A stretch of 64,000 nt of DNA from assembly GCA_011053095.1 (NCBI GenBank), contig DRHS01000002.1:2122-66121 (forward strand). Reading direction: 5' to 3'. Every line of letters starts with the position of its first letter. Within the stretch, counting starts at the first letter, position 1. Positions 1 to 8,530 of the stretch are shown here, piece by piece. The position numbers and the translations under genes are program-made. This DNA is from Bacteroides sp. GTDB taxonomy: Bacteria > Bacteroidota > Bacteroidia > Bacteroidales > SM23-62. The notes under the pieces are model-generated. The model made no database searches, was not told where the DNA came from, and saw nothing but the letters and a program-made list of their open reading frames with translations.

Positions 1-531
1 ACCAGCATAATTGGATTTGAATAAGCAATCGACAAATGTCTTTTCAAGATCAGAGCACATAACCTTGTTGAAGCTATCAATCCAATTTTTTTTCGAGCCA
101 AAAAAGTGGTCCTTATTATGGTAAATGAACTGGAATGTGACGTTTTTAATATTTAGACTCGAAGGACGAATCTGCTTTGCAACTACTATCTGTTCTTTGA
201 GTGATGGTTGAGTTATCAGGTTATGGACCTGTAAAGCAGAGTAATACCCAATGTAATGATTAGTTCCTTTTGTCAAATGCTCAGCTAGTAAATGCCAGTC
301 AGGCATGAAAGTATCAGCCTCTTGTTCATAAGGTATGATATAGTAAAGACCTTTTTTTAAGCGCATTAAAAGTCCTCTTTTTACCATGTCGCTAAGCAAC
401 TCTTTGAGAGCACTCTCACTTGAATTGGGTAATGCGGTTGCAGCTTCAGAATAATCAAAACAATCCTTAGTCATCTGATTGAAGTAAGTCAGAATTTCAT
501 TGGATTGTGTTGATATGAATTTATTCTTCAT
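1..531 (-). CDS. AbiEi-like antitoxin / wHTH regulator of a type IV (AbiE-type) toxin-antitoxin pair; partial, 3' end runs off the left edge
   Basis: Absent from the ORF track because it is open at the window edge. Reverse-strand translation from ATG (531-529) gives 177 codons with no stop: MKNKFISTQSNEILTYFNQMTKDCFDYSEAATALPNSSESALKELLSDMVKRGLLMRLKKGLYYIIPYEQEADTFMPDWHLLAEHLTKGTNHYIGYYSALQVHNLITQPS... The N-terminal wHTH-like segment followed by the Y.G.YSAL..H.L segment is what I associate with AbiEi/COG5340 proteins. The family call is from memory. Confidence 0.5.
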   Translation of the reverse strand, partial: MKNKFISTQSNEILTYFNQMTKDCFDYSEAATALPNSSESALKELLSDMVKRGLLMRLKKGLYYIIPYEQEADTFMPDWHLLAEHLTKGTNHYIGYYSALQVHNLITQPSLKEQIVVAKQIRPSSLNIKNVTFQFIYHNKDHFFGSKKNWIDSFNKVMCSDLEKTFVDCLFKSNYAG

Positions 532-540
532 AGTAAAATA

Positions 541-624
541 GTCAGCTTTAACCTGACGATAATGATACGAATAATAATTAACAACTCTTATTTATTGTAG
601 TAATAATGTCAGCTTTAACCTGAC
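541..624 (-). promoter_or_regulatory. Candidate operator pair upstream of the AbiEi-like gene
   Basis: Two exact copies of GTCAGCTTTAACCTGAC (541-557 and 608-624). Each is itself a 5-bp inverted repeat (GTCAG-N7-CTGAC). The copies are 67 bp apart and lie 10-93 nt upstream of the start codon at 531. AbiEi proteins are known to autoregulate through repeated inverted repeats in their promoter. Confidence 0.4.
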
Positions 625-1197
625 TTATATGATATAAAACATCATTAAAATACAGGGTAGAAATATTTGGCTCTTTTGTAAAGCTTGGATTGTGAGTTGG
701 CCTGTGTGGCTTTGCAAATGTGCCAAATACGGGTTGGTTGAGAAATATTAAAAAATGCGTAGCGGAGGAAATAGTAATCTTGTCAGACTTAGTCGAATGA
801 TTAAAACATAGTTCAGTTTTTATGTCGGTCCAGCAATATGTTTCTTATATCCGTTACACTTCTTGCCAAGATTCAGTCTATCCTTTTTTGCATGACGCAC
901 AATTAAGGAGTATTTGTCCAAATAAAAGGATAGAAGTTTTTTGATCATATCAGAGAAGTAATTGCACAAATCTTTTCAGTTCCAGTACAAAGAAAACTTA
1001 TGTTGGTTGGCTTTACTGGTTTATTATCTTCAATAATCAAAAACATCCAAAAGACATAGACTTTGAACTCGATGAGATTATTATTCGGGATGGTACCGTT
1101 TTTCACCAGTAGGTGGTATCGGTTTACTCCGGCGTTAAAATCTAAATACTAATTTTCATTCCCATTCAATGCTAGTACTGCAAAAGACTACCCTTTT

Positions 1198-1271
1198 TGA
1201 CGTAAATATTACGTCATTTATTTTGTAATGCGGCGAATACATATTATATTTGCCGTATATATTACGTCATT
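1198..1271 (+). promoter_or_regulatory. Candidate Fic promoter flanked by palindromic operator sites
   Basis: Perfect palindrome TGACGTAA-ATA-TTACGTCA at 1198-1216. TTTG (-33-like) sits at 1222-1225 and TATATTTG at 1245-1252, matching the Bacteroidetes -7 consensus TAnnTTTG with a 19-nt gap. The 13-nt string ATATTACGTCATT occurs twice (1206-1218 and 1259-1271), so the half-site recurs just downstream of the -7 box. The Fic ATG is at 1284. Confidence 0.45.
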
Positions 1272-1283
1272 AAGATATCTTAG

Positions 1284-2390
1284 ATGTATTTACATCAAAA
1301 CAAAGACTGGCCAAATTTCTACTGGGATAACGATATACTAGTCCCATACGTTAGTAAGGTGCGTGATCTACAAGGTAGATTAATAGGAAGAATGGAGGGC
1401 TTAGGATTCGAACTTAGAGAAGAAGCATTACTTGAGACTTTAACCGAAGATATTGTAAAGTCAAGTGCAATTGAAGGAGAGTTTTTGAATCCCGAAGAAG
1501 TAAGATCCTCAGTAGCTAGAAGATTAGGTATAGATATATACGGATTGCCGAATGCAACTCGCGATGTAGAGGGAGTTGTAGAAATGATGTTAGATGCAAC
1601 TCAGAAGTATAAAGACCCTTTAACTAAAGATCGAGTGTGTGGATGGCATGCAGCTCTATTCCCTACAGGAAGGAGTGGGATGTATAAGATAACTGTAGGT
1701 GAATGGAGGAATGATGAACACGGCCCAATGCAAGTTGTATCTGGCCCAATGGGAAGAGAAAAGGTGCATTACATTGCTCCTGAGGCTACACGACTTGAAG
1801 TAGAAATGAATCGATTTATCCAGTGGTTCAATACAGACAATAGCATGGAATTGGTGATTAAATCAGGAATTGCTCATTTATGGTTCGTTACTATCCATCC
1901 TTTCGATGACGGGAATGGAAGAATAGCTAGAGCCATTGCAGATTCTCAATTAGCCAGAGCAGACCGGACCAACCAAAGATTCTATAGTATGTCGGCTCAG
2001 ATAATGAAATCAAAAAAGGGATATTATGCCATATTGGAGTCTGCCCAAAAGGGAAATTTGGATGTCAGCCACTGGCTGGTTTGGTACTTTGAACGTCTAA
2101 CTGAGGCACTTGAGGCAACAGATGAAACACTGTCGAAAGTCTTTGTAAAGGCAAAGTTTTGGGAAATACATAAAACTACCCAGATAAATGATAGACAAGT
2201 CAAAATGATCAATATACTTCTTGGTGACTTCATCGGTAAGTTGCATTCATCCAAATGGGCCAAGATGACAAAAGTGCATAGAGATACTGCCCGCAGAGAT
2301 ATTCAAGACTTAATCGAGAAAGGTATTTTGTCGGATTCAGGTGAAGGAGGAAGAAGTACAAACTACATATTAAATCTTCCAACTCTTTGA
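1284..2390 (+). CDS. Fic family protein (AMPylator-type Fic domain with N-terminal inhibitory-helix motif and C-terminal wHTH-like tail)
   Basis: Canonical Fic motif HPFDDGNGRIAR (aa 205-216, nt 1896-1931) fits HPFx(D/E)GN(G/K)RxxR. The upstream motif S60-SAI-E64-G65 (nt 1461-1478) fits the (S/T)xxxE(G/N) auto-inhibition helix. 368 aa with an ATG start. Confidence 0.9.
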   Translation: MYLHQNKDWPNFYWDNDILVPYVSKVRDLQGRLIGRMEGLGFELREEALLETLTEDIVKSSAIEGEFLNPEEVRSSVARRLGIDIYGLPNATRDVEGVVEMMLDATQKYKDPLTKDRVCGWHAALFPTGRSGMYKITVGEWRNDEHGPMQVVSGPMGREKVHYIAPEATRLEVEMNRFIQWFNTDNSMELVIKSGIAHLWFVTIHPFDDGNGRIARAIADSQLARADRTNQRFYSMSAQIMKSKKGYYAILESAQKGNLDVSHWLVWYFERLTEALEATDETLSKVFVKAKFWEIHKTTQINDRQVKMINILLGDFIGKLHSSKWAKMTKVHRDTARRDIQDLIEKGILSDSGEGGRSTNYILNLPTL

Positions 2391-2589
2391 TTGAAAAACT
2401 ATATTTTAAATCTAAAGGACAGACCCGGTTTTCATTCACATTACTACATTCAGCAATCAAATCCAATAAACAAACGCACAATTTTTTGCTGTAAATAATC
2501 GGGGAAGAAAAATAAACCTACCAATAACCTTTTGTAAATGTTTTGTAAGTATTAATTGAAATTGCATGGAGAAGGATATTTGGATGCTT

Positions 2590-3081
2590 TTAAACCCCGG
2601 ATTCGTAAAGGGTGACGTCAGCTAGGAACTGGTGTACAAAACCGGCTATGAGTCCCTCAGTAACATAAGAAGGCTCAATAGTTACCAGATGTTTGCGGAG
2701 CTGTTTTGAAATCTGGAGATCTTCCCAGTATGGGTATTCAAACCAGACATTGATCTTGCCGGAGATCATCTGGGTAAATCCCAGTTCAGCCCCGATCTTT
2801 ATGAATTGCCGGGTCTTACCGTCCGATGCAGCTTCACTGATCCCGCTGGGGGTATCCTTGATTTTCATCATCACGGTCTCAAGGTTTTTTCTTTCATCCA
2901 TAGCTGAAATTTCCCAGTCAATTCTTTTGAAATTACTCTGTACAGACTCAAGAGTAGATTTTATTTTATCCTTTACCGCAACAGCCCACATATCCCTTCT
3001 CCGTTTAACATTTTTCAAATGTGTTTCGTAGATGAAAGCATTCTCCTGAATAGTGGTTAGTTCGAAATTCAATATTTCCAT
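2590..3081 (-). CDS. hypothetical protein (163 aa)
   Basis: Clean ORF with an ATG start, no signal peptide and no motif I recognise. It sits in the AT-rich accessory patch next to the Fic gene. Confidence 0.5.
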   Translation of the reverse strand: MEILNFELTTIQENAFIYETHLKNVKRRRDMWAVAVKDKIKSTLESVQSNFKRIDWEISAMDERKNLETVMMKIKDTPSGISEAASDGKTRQFIKIGAELGFTQMISGKINVWFEYPYWEDLQISKQLRKHLVTIEPSYVTEGLIAGFVHQFLADVTLYESGV

Positions 3082-3240
3082 TTCCTGTTATTTTATGCGT
3101 TTCCAGCTATATAAAATTAAGAAAATCTTTCCGAATAATTCATGCAAGGATTTTTCAGTACCATTTATACAGACCAGAGCGATAAAGTTGACTGTATCTC
3201 ATTTTTTAATTAACTTACCTGAAACTTAACTTTTGAAACC

Positions 3241-4191
3241 ATGAAACGCCGTAACTTTATCAAATTAAGCGCTGCAGGGGGGATGGCCCTGCAGTTTACT
3301 GATATTCTGAGTATGTATGAAAATATGAAACCAGAGTACATGCCTCGACGCGCTCTTGGCAAAACGGGTGATAAGCTATCTATCGTCGGATTTGGTGGAA
3401 TTGCCCTGCGTAACAATGGACAGGAATTTGCAAAAGAACTTATCCCCAAGGCCTTTAATGCAGGTATCAATTATTTTGATGTCGCCCCTGGCTATGGTGA
3501 TTCCCAGGAATTGATGGGTCCACCATTACGAGTATACAGGAATGATGTTTTTCTTGCCTGCAAGACAGGAGAAAGGGATAAAGCCGGAGCGGAAAAAGAA
3601 CTCCATGAATCCCTGAAATTGTTAAAGACAGATCATTTCGATCTTTATCAGTTCCATGCCATGAGCAAAATGGAGGATGTGGAGAAGGTATTTGGTCCCG
3701 ATGGTGCAATGGAGACTTTCCTTAAAGCCAGGAAGGATGGAAAAATACGGCATATTGGCTTTTCAGCTCATAACGAGGAGGTTGCCCTGAAGATGATGGA
3801 ATTATTTGATTTCGACTCTATATTGTATCCCATAAACTGTGTTTGCTGGGAGAACGGTAATTTCGGTCCCCAGGTATTTAAAATCGCTAAAAGTAAGGGT
3901 ATGGGAGTCCTTGCTCTTAAAGCAGTAGCCAGCCACAGGGTTCCTGAAGCGGAAAGACAATATCCCAATATGTGGTACAAGCCCTTCGAAGAGGATGAAA
4001 AAATTGAGAAAGCATTGGCATACACCCTGTCAAAGGATATCACTGCCACAGTTCATGCAGGTGATAGTATATTCATGAAAAAGACGCTGGACTTTATCCG
4101 GGCAAACAAAGAATTTAAACCACCAACTCAGGCTGAGATCAGTAAAATGGTTAAGGGGATCAAACCCATATTCAGTCATCCGGCAACTTAG
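3241..4191 (+). CDS. aldo/keto reductase with twin-arginine (Tat) signal peptide
   Basis: The N-terminus MKRRNFIKLSAAGGMALQF carries a Tat-type RRxFxK motif. The body is AKR-like (GINYFDVAPGYGDSQE, DLYQFHAM, IRHIGFSAH). Confidence 0.85.
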   Translation: MKRRNFIKLSAAGGMALQFTDILSMYENMKPEYMPRRALGKTGDKLSIVGFGGIALRNNGQEFAKELIPKAFNAGINYFDVAPGYGDSQELMGPPLRVYRNDVFLACKTGERDKAGAEKELHESLKLLKTDHFDLYQFHAMSKMEDVEKVFGPDGAMETFLKARKDGKIRHIGFSAHNEEVALKMMELFDFDSILYPINCVCWENGNFGPQVFKIAKSKGMGVLALKAVASHRVPEAERQYPNMWYKPFEEDEKIEKALAYTLSKDITATVHAGDSIFMKKTLDFIRANKEFKPPTQAEISKMVKGIKPIFSHPAT

Positions 4192-4312
4192 ACAGGAGAA
4201 AGTTGCACTTTGAATAAACCGGCAATAAACAATAGACCATTGCTTCAATGTGCAATCATGAAGCTTCCCTTTCTTGTCTTTATATTAACCTTGCCAACAT
4301 TGTTTTAATTCC

Positions 4313-4320
4313 TAATTTTG
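4313..4320 (+). promoter_or_regulatory. candidate -7 promoter box for the hemolysin-III family gene
   Basis: TAATTTTG matches the Bacteroidetes TAnnTTTG consensus and lies 26 nt upstream of the ATG at 4346. No clean -33 TTTG is present (ATTG at about the right distance). This is a single degenerate motif match only. Confidence 0.25.
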
Positions 4321-4345
4321 CAGGAGTAATAACATATTCTCTCAA

Positions 4346-5008
4346 ATGACCTCTGACGCACATAGATTTTCAGCCTCCGAAGAAAGGGCTAACGCAATTT
4401 CTCATTTTTCAGCTTTGGTTCTGGCTTGCGGGGGACTCGTATTAATGATTGTTTTCTCAGCCATTCGCGGGACAGCCTGGCATGTTGTCTCAACATCAGT
4501 TTTCGGTGCCACCATGATCATTCTTTATACATCATCTACCTTTAATCACTGGCTGAAACCAGGAAAAAGCAAGGAATGGTTCTTTAATTTTGACCAGGTG
4601 GCGATTTTTCTGCTTATCGCCGGGACCTATACACCGCTGACACTGGTTCTGATCCGCGGTGGACTAGGCTGGACAATTTTCGGCATTGAATGGGGACTTG
4701 CCATCATTGGTATAACAATTAGAATTCTCAATCCTTCCAGGTTTGAATCCGGAGTGAATTATTTTTTCATTGCCCTGTATGTCATTATGGGATGGATGCT
4801 GCTGATAGGGATCGGTCCCCTAGCAAGAGCCATTTCTCCTATAGGACTCGCCTGGATACTCATCGGAGGAGGATGCTACACCCTGGGAATACTTTTTTAT
4901 AAAAAAATTATTTTTCCATATCACCACCTTGTATGGCACCTGTTTGTCATCGCCGGAAGCATTTTCCATTTCTTTGCTATATTTTTTCATGTGATACCTG
5001 ATTCATAA
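4346..5008 (+). CDS. hemolysin III / PAQR family channel protein
   Basis: 220 aa with about seven hydrophobic helices. It has an N-terminal SxxEExANAxSH-type segment (SASEERANAISH) and a C-terminal HLFVxxG segment (WHLFVIAGSIFHF), typical of YqfA/hemolysin III proteins. Confidence 0.85.
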   Translation: MTSDAHRFSASEERANAISHFSALVLACGGLVLMIVFSAIRGTAWHVVSTSVFGATMIILYTSSTFNHWLKPGKSKEWFFNFDQVAIFLLIAGTYTPLTLVLIRGGLGWTIFGIEWGLAIIGITIRILNPSRFESGVNYFFIALYVIMGWMLLIGIGPLARAISPIGLAWILIGGGCYTLGILFYKKIIFPYHHLVWHLFVIAGSIFHFFAIFFHVIPDS

Positions 5009-5014
5009 AGGTCG

Positions 5015-6043
5015 ATGCCAATCATTCAGAGATTATTAACAACCTTTCTTTTAATTTTTGCATTATCATGGGCATCTTATGGACAGAATGATACCATTGT
5101 CAGCACAAGGGGAGAAATACTCATAGGGAAGATCGAAATTCTGGAAAAAGGAATACTGACATTCGAGACCCACTACAGCGATAAAGACTTCAATATAGAA
5201 TGGGATCAGATCCAGGAAATGAAAACAAGCCGTACCTTTTTAATCATTCTAACCGATGGACGACGCATGAATGGAAGCGTGAACAGTCTTCCGGGGGACT
5301 CCTCAATTGTAATGATAACCAGTGGCTTCAGATTCTTCATGATTGATGATATTCTCGATATTGTCTACCTGAAACCTGTGGAAAGTACTTTTTTTGGAAG
5401 GCTTGATGCCTCGATTGAAGTCGGATATACATTTACGAAAGAAAATAATAATCATCAGTTTAATACAAGAAGCAGTATTGGCTATTTTGCAGATACATGG
5501 GGAGTAAATGGCTTTTTTGATATGAATCAGAGCGTGCAGGATTCAGTTGCACCAACACAAAGGACAGACGCTTCTGTCGGATTCATTAAATATTTTGAAA
5601 ACTCCTGGTATCTTGGCCTCTCCAACAACTTTTTTCAGAGTAATGAACAGAAAATTAAACTAAGGAGTATCACGAACGTCAGCTATGGACATTTTATTAT
5701 AAATACTTACAAATCATACTGGGGTCTCGGAGCGGGACTTGCTTACAACTATGAATCCTTTACAAGTGATGAACCCGACGAAAAAAGTCTTGAAGCATTG
5801 ATCAACAGCGAGCTGAACCTCTTCGCTTTTGAAGACCTGAGCCTGCTGAGTACACTAAAGCTATATCCCAGTATTACAGTGAGAGGAAGAATTCGTTCAG
5901 ATTTTAAGTTTGATATAAAGTATGATCTGCCTCTGGATTTTTTTATAAAACTTGGTTTAACGCATAACTATGATAATCAGCCAGTGGTAGGTGCAGCCGA
6001 ACATGACTTCATTTTTCAGACAACATTCGGATGGGAGCTCTGA
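5015..6043 (+). CDS. putative outer-membrane beta-barrel protein (DUF481-like?)
   Basis: Signal peptide (LIFALSWASYGQ). The C-terminal two-thirds has alternating aromatic/polar beta-strand-like periodicity and ends in TTFGWEL. The family assignment is tentative. Confidence 0.45.
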   Translation: MPIIQRLLTTFLLIFALSWASYGQNDTIVSTRGEILIGKIEILEKGILTFETHYSDKDFNIEWDQIQEMKTSRTFLIILTDGRRMNGSVNSLPGDSSIVMITSGFRFFMIDDILDIVYLKPVESTFFGRLDASIEVGYTFTKENNNHQFNTRSSIGYFADTWGVNGFFDMNQSVQDSVAPTQRTDASVGFIKYFENSWYLGLSNNFFQSNEQKIKLRSITNVSYGHFIINTYKSYWGLGAGLAYNYESFTSDEPDEKSLEALINSELNLFAFEDLSLLSTLKLYPSITVRGRIRSDFKFDIKYDLPLDFFIKLGLTHNYDNQPVVGAAEHDFIFQTTFGWEL

Positions 6044-6087
6044 TACAAATCAGTTGATTACAGATATTGTCTATAAATGTCAACAGA

Positions 6088-7272
6088 ATGAAATTAATCA
6101 GAAAAAAGTTTCAAAACTTACAAAGCCTCACTATCCTAATCAGCCTCCTGGCTCTTATTGTAGTCTTTTCCCCGGTTCGGGCCCAGGATTATTATTATCC
6201 CCCGAAAGGGGAATGGGAAAGAAAATCACCCTTATCTGAAGGTATCGATACTGAAAAGCTGAATGCTGCTGTAGAATTTGCAAAGGAAAATGAGTATTCC
6301 GGATCCCGTGACCTGAGAATCGCTATTCTGAAATCATTTGCATACGAACCCTTTCACGAGATCGTCGGTGCGGTGAAGGAAAGGGGAGGACCCGCCGGTA
6401 TTATCCTGAAGAACGGATATATTGTTGCCGAATGGGGGGATCCAGGCAGAGTTGATATGACGTTTTCAGTAACCAAAAGTTACCTGTCGACCGTTGCCGG
6501 ATTGGCTGTTGACCAGGGAATGATCTCAGATGTCAACGATAAGGCAGCCGAATATGTTTGGGATGGCACCTTTATGGGAGAACACAATGCTAAAATTACC
6601 TGGAAGCATTTACTGAACCAGTCCTCCGACTGGTCAGGATCCCTTTTCGGAATGTACGACTGGGCTGACCGGCCGCCGGCAGAAGGGGGAATAGATGACT
6701 GGCGCAATCGTACCCTGAATGAGCCCGGTACATTTTACAAATACAATGATGTCCGGGTTAATGTGCTTGCCTATTCACTTCTTCAGGTATGGAGAAAACC
6801 ACTTCCGGTGGTACTTAAGGAACATGTAATGGATCCAATTGATGCGAGTTCAACCTGGAGATGGTTTGGATACGAAACATCCTGGGTGAACATGGATGGA
6901 GTGAAGGTCCAATCCGTGAGTGGAGGAGGACATTCAGGTGGAGGCGTTTTTATCAATAGCTACGACCATGCAAGATTCGGGCTGCTCTTCCTGTCAGAAG
7001 GCCGTTGGGCAGATAAGCAAATCATATCGGAGAATTGGATAAATAAGGCAACCCGGCCTTCCGATGCCAACGAAAGTTATGGCTTCCTATGGTGGCTGAA
7101 CAAGGGAGACAGGCAGGTAGATGGTGTTCCGGAAACTGTATTTTATGCCTCGGGATTCGGGGGCAACTATATTATTATTGATCCGGAGCATGATCTGGTC
7201 ATTGTGGCCCGATGGCTGGAGCCGGCAAAAAGACCTGAATTTCTGAAACTGGTCCTGGATTCCATGAAATAA
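6088..7272 (+). CDS. serine hydrolase, beta-lactamase/transpeptidase-like family
   Basis: SxxK motif in MTFSVTKSY, plus a signal peptide after MKLIRKKFQNLQSLTILISLLALIVVFSPVRAQ. The track ORF begins at a TTG (6067); the in-frame ATG at 6088 is the more likely start. Confidence 0.8.
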   Translation: MKLIRKKFQNLQSLTILISLLALIVVFSPVRAQDYYYPPKGEWERKSPLSEGIDTEKLNAAVEFAKENEYSGSRDLRIAILKSFAYEPFHEIVGAVKERGGPAGIILKNGYIVAEWGDPGRVDMTFSVTKSYLSTVAGLAVDQGMISDVNDKAAEYVWDGTFMGEHNAKITWKHLLNQSSDWSGSLFGMYDWADRPPAEGGIDDWRNRTLNEPGTFYKYNDVRVNVLAYSLLQVWRKPLPVVLKEHVMDPIDASSTWRWFGYETSWVNMDGVKVQSVSGGGHSGGGVFINSYDHARFGLLFLSEGRWADKQIISENWINKATRPSDANESYGFLWWLNKGDRQVDGVPETVFYASGFGGNYIIIDPEHDLVIVARWLEPAKRPEFLKLVLDSMK

Positions 7273-7279
7273 GGAGGGT

Positions 7280-7516
7280 ATGAGTTCAGAACCTAAACTT
7301 CAATTACCAGCCGGGCTGATAAAATTCCTGCTGGCTACAGAGTTTGCGTTCCTGTTTTTTGGGATTCCGTTGCTGATGTATTTCGATACCGGTTTCAAAC
7401 TTCCCAGCGCTCTTCTGATTCCGGTTATTGTAATAATCCTCGGGATTCTCAGGTACTGGACCGATTTTAGCTGGAAAGAACTTATTTATTCAAAAGATAA
7501 GGAGACAAAGCATTAA
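7280..7516 (+). CDS. small membrane protein (78 aa), possibly an N-terminal remnant of a CPBP-type intramembrane protease
   Basis: Two hydrophobic helices (FLLATEFAFLFFGIPLLMYF, LLIPVIVIILGIL). The ORF stops 34 nt before the convergent folD stop. The resemblance to CPBP N-termini is recalled only and not verifiable here. Confidence 0.3.
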   Translation: MSSEPKLQLPAGLIKFLLATEFAFLFFGIPLLMYFDTGFKLPSALLIPVIVIILGILRYWTDFSWKELIYSKDKETKH

Positions 7517-7549
7517 CTTGGCCAGCGACATCAACCGGTATTGTATTCT

Positions 7550-8431
7550 TTAGGAATAGACCTCTTTCTTGGCAGCCTTAAGGGTATTCAACAACAGGGA
7601 AACACGGGTCATGGGACCAATTCCCCCAGGAACCGGTGTGATATAGCTGCATTTGGGTGCAACAGCTTCGAAATCAACGTCCCCTTTGAGTTTGAAGCCT
7701 GATTTTGTCTGGTCAGATTTTACCCGGGTGGTACCTACGTCAATGATGACCGCTCCTTCGGGAACCATGTCTTCGGTGAGGAATCCAGGATAACCCATGG
7801 CAGCTATGATGATATCAGCCTGAAGTGTAAGCTCCTTGATGTTCGTTGTACGACTGTGACAGACGGTAACTGTGCAGTTGCCGGGAGACCTCTTTTGGGC
7901 AAGAAGGGAGGCAATGGGTTTGCCTACAATATTGCTGCGGCCAATTATGACACAATGCTTACCACTGGTTTCTATATTGTATCTATCAATAAGTTCTACT
8001 ATGCCTGCAGGGGTAGCGGACTGGAAACAGGGCATGCCGATCATTAATCTTCCGGCATTTACAGGATGGAAACCATCTACATCCTTGGAAGGATCAATGG
8101 CCTCAATTACCTTGGATTCGGCAATATGGTCAGGAAGGGGAAGCTGAACGATGAATCCGTCTATTTCCGGATCTTCATTGAGTTCTTTTACCTTGTCAAG
8201 CAATACCTGTTCTGAGATATTTTCATCGAATCGGATCAGGCTAGATCCAAAGCCAACCTGCTCGCAATCCTTTACCTTATAATTAACATAGGTTTCACTA
8301 CCACCATCCGTACCAACAAGGACTGCTGCCAGGTGGGGTTTCTTTCCGCCACTGGCAATTATTTTCTTCACTTCCTCAGCTATCTCAAGTTTGATTTTAG
8401 TTGCTGTTTCTTTTCCGTCAATTAAGATCAT
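7550..8431 (-). CDS. folD: bifunctional methylenetetrahydrofolate dehydrogenase / methenyltetrahydrofolate cyclohydrolase
   Basis: 293 aa. [10 protein letters not shown]...[25 protein letters not shown]...GFIVQLPLP...DGFHP.N.G...ATPAGI..L....I...[16 protein letters not shown]...TVCHSRT...[10 protein letters not shown] is collinear with FolD. Confidence 0.95.
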   Translation of the reverse strand: MILIDGKETATKIKLEIAEEVKKIIASGGKKPHLAAVLVGTDGGSETYVNYKVKDCEQVGFGSSLIRFDENISEQVLLDKVKELNEDPEIDGFIVQLPLPDHIAESKVIEAIDPSKDVDGFHPVNAGRLMIGMPCFQSATPAGIVELIDRYNIETSGKHCVIIGRSNIVGKPIASLLAQKRSPGNCTVTVCHSRTTNIKELTLQADIIIAAMGYPGFLTEDMVPEGAVIIDVGTTRVKSDQTKSGFKLKGDVDFEAVAPKCSYITPVPGGIGPMTRVSLLLNTLKAAKKEVYS

Positions 8432-8530
8432 TGTATAAGTTATTTAGGTAGTATAAAAGACATATCAAATCTTGACCAGAAATCATACGCGGCATTCAAT
8501 ACTCGTAAATATCATTCTGCTTATTAGATC

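Noticed and set aside
820-948. 42-codon minus-strand ORF in the long spacer as a real small gene or a transposase remnant.
   Set aside because: It has no recognisable motif and no evident ribosome-binding context, and it falls below any length I can support by eye.
7280-7516. The 78-aa membrane ORF as a truncated CPBP protease pseudogene.
   Set aside because: The resemblance is only to recalled N-terminal hydrophobic patterns. No catalytic EExxxR or HxxxN motifs are present to test the idea. It is kept as a low-confidence small CDS.
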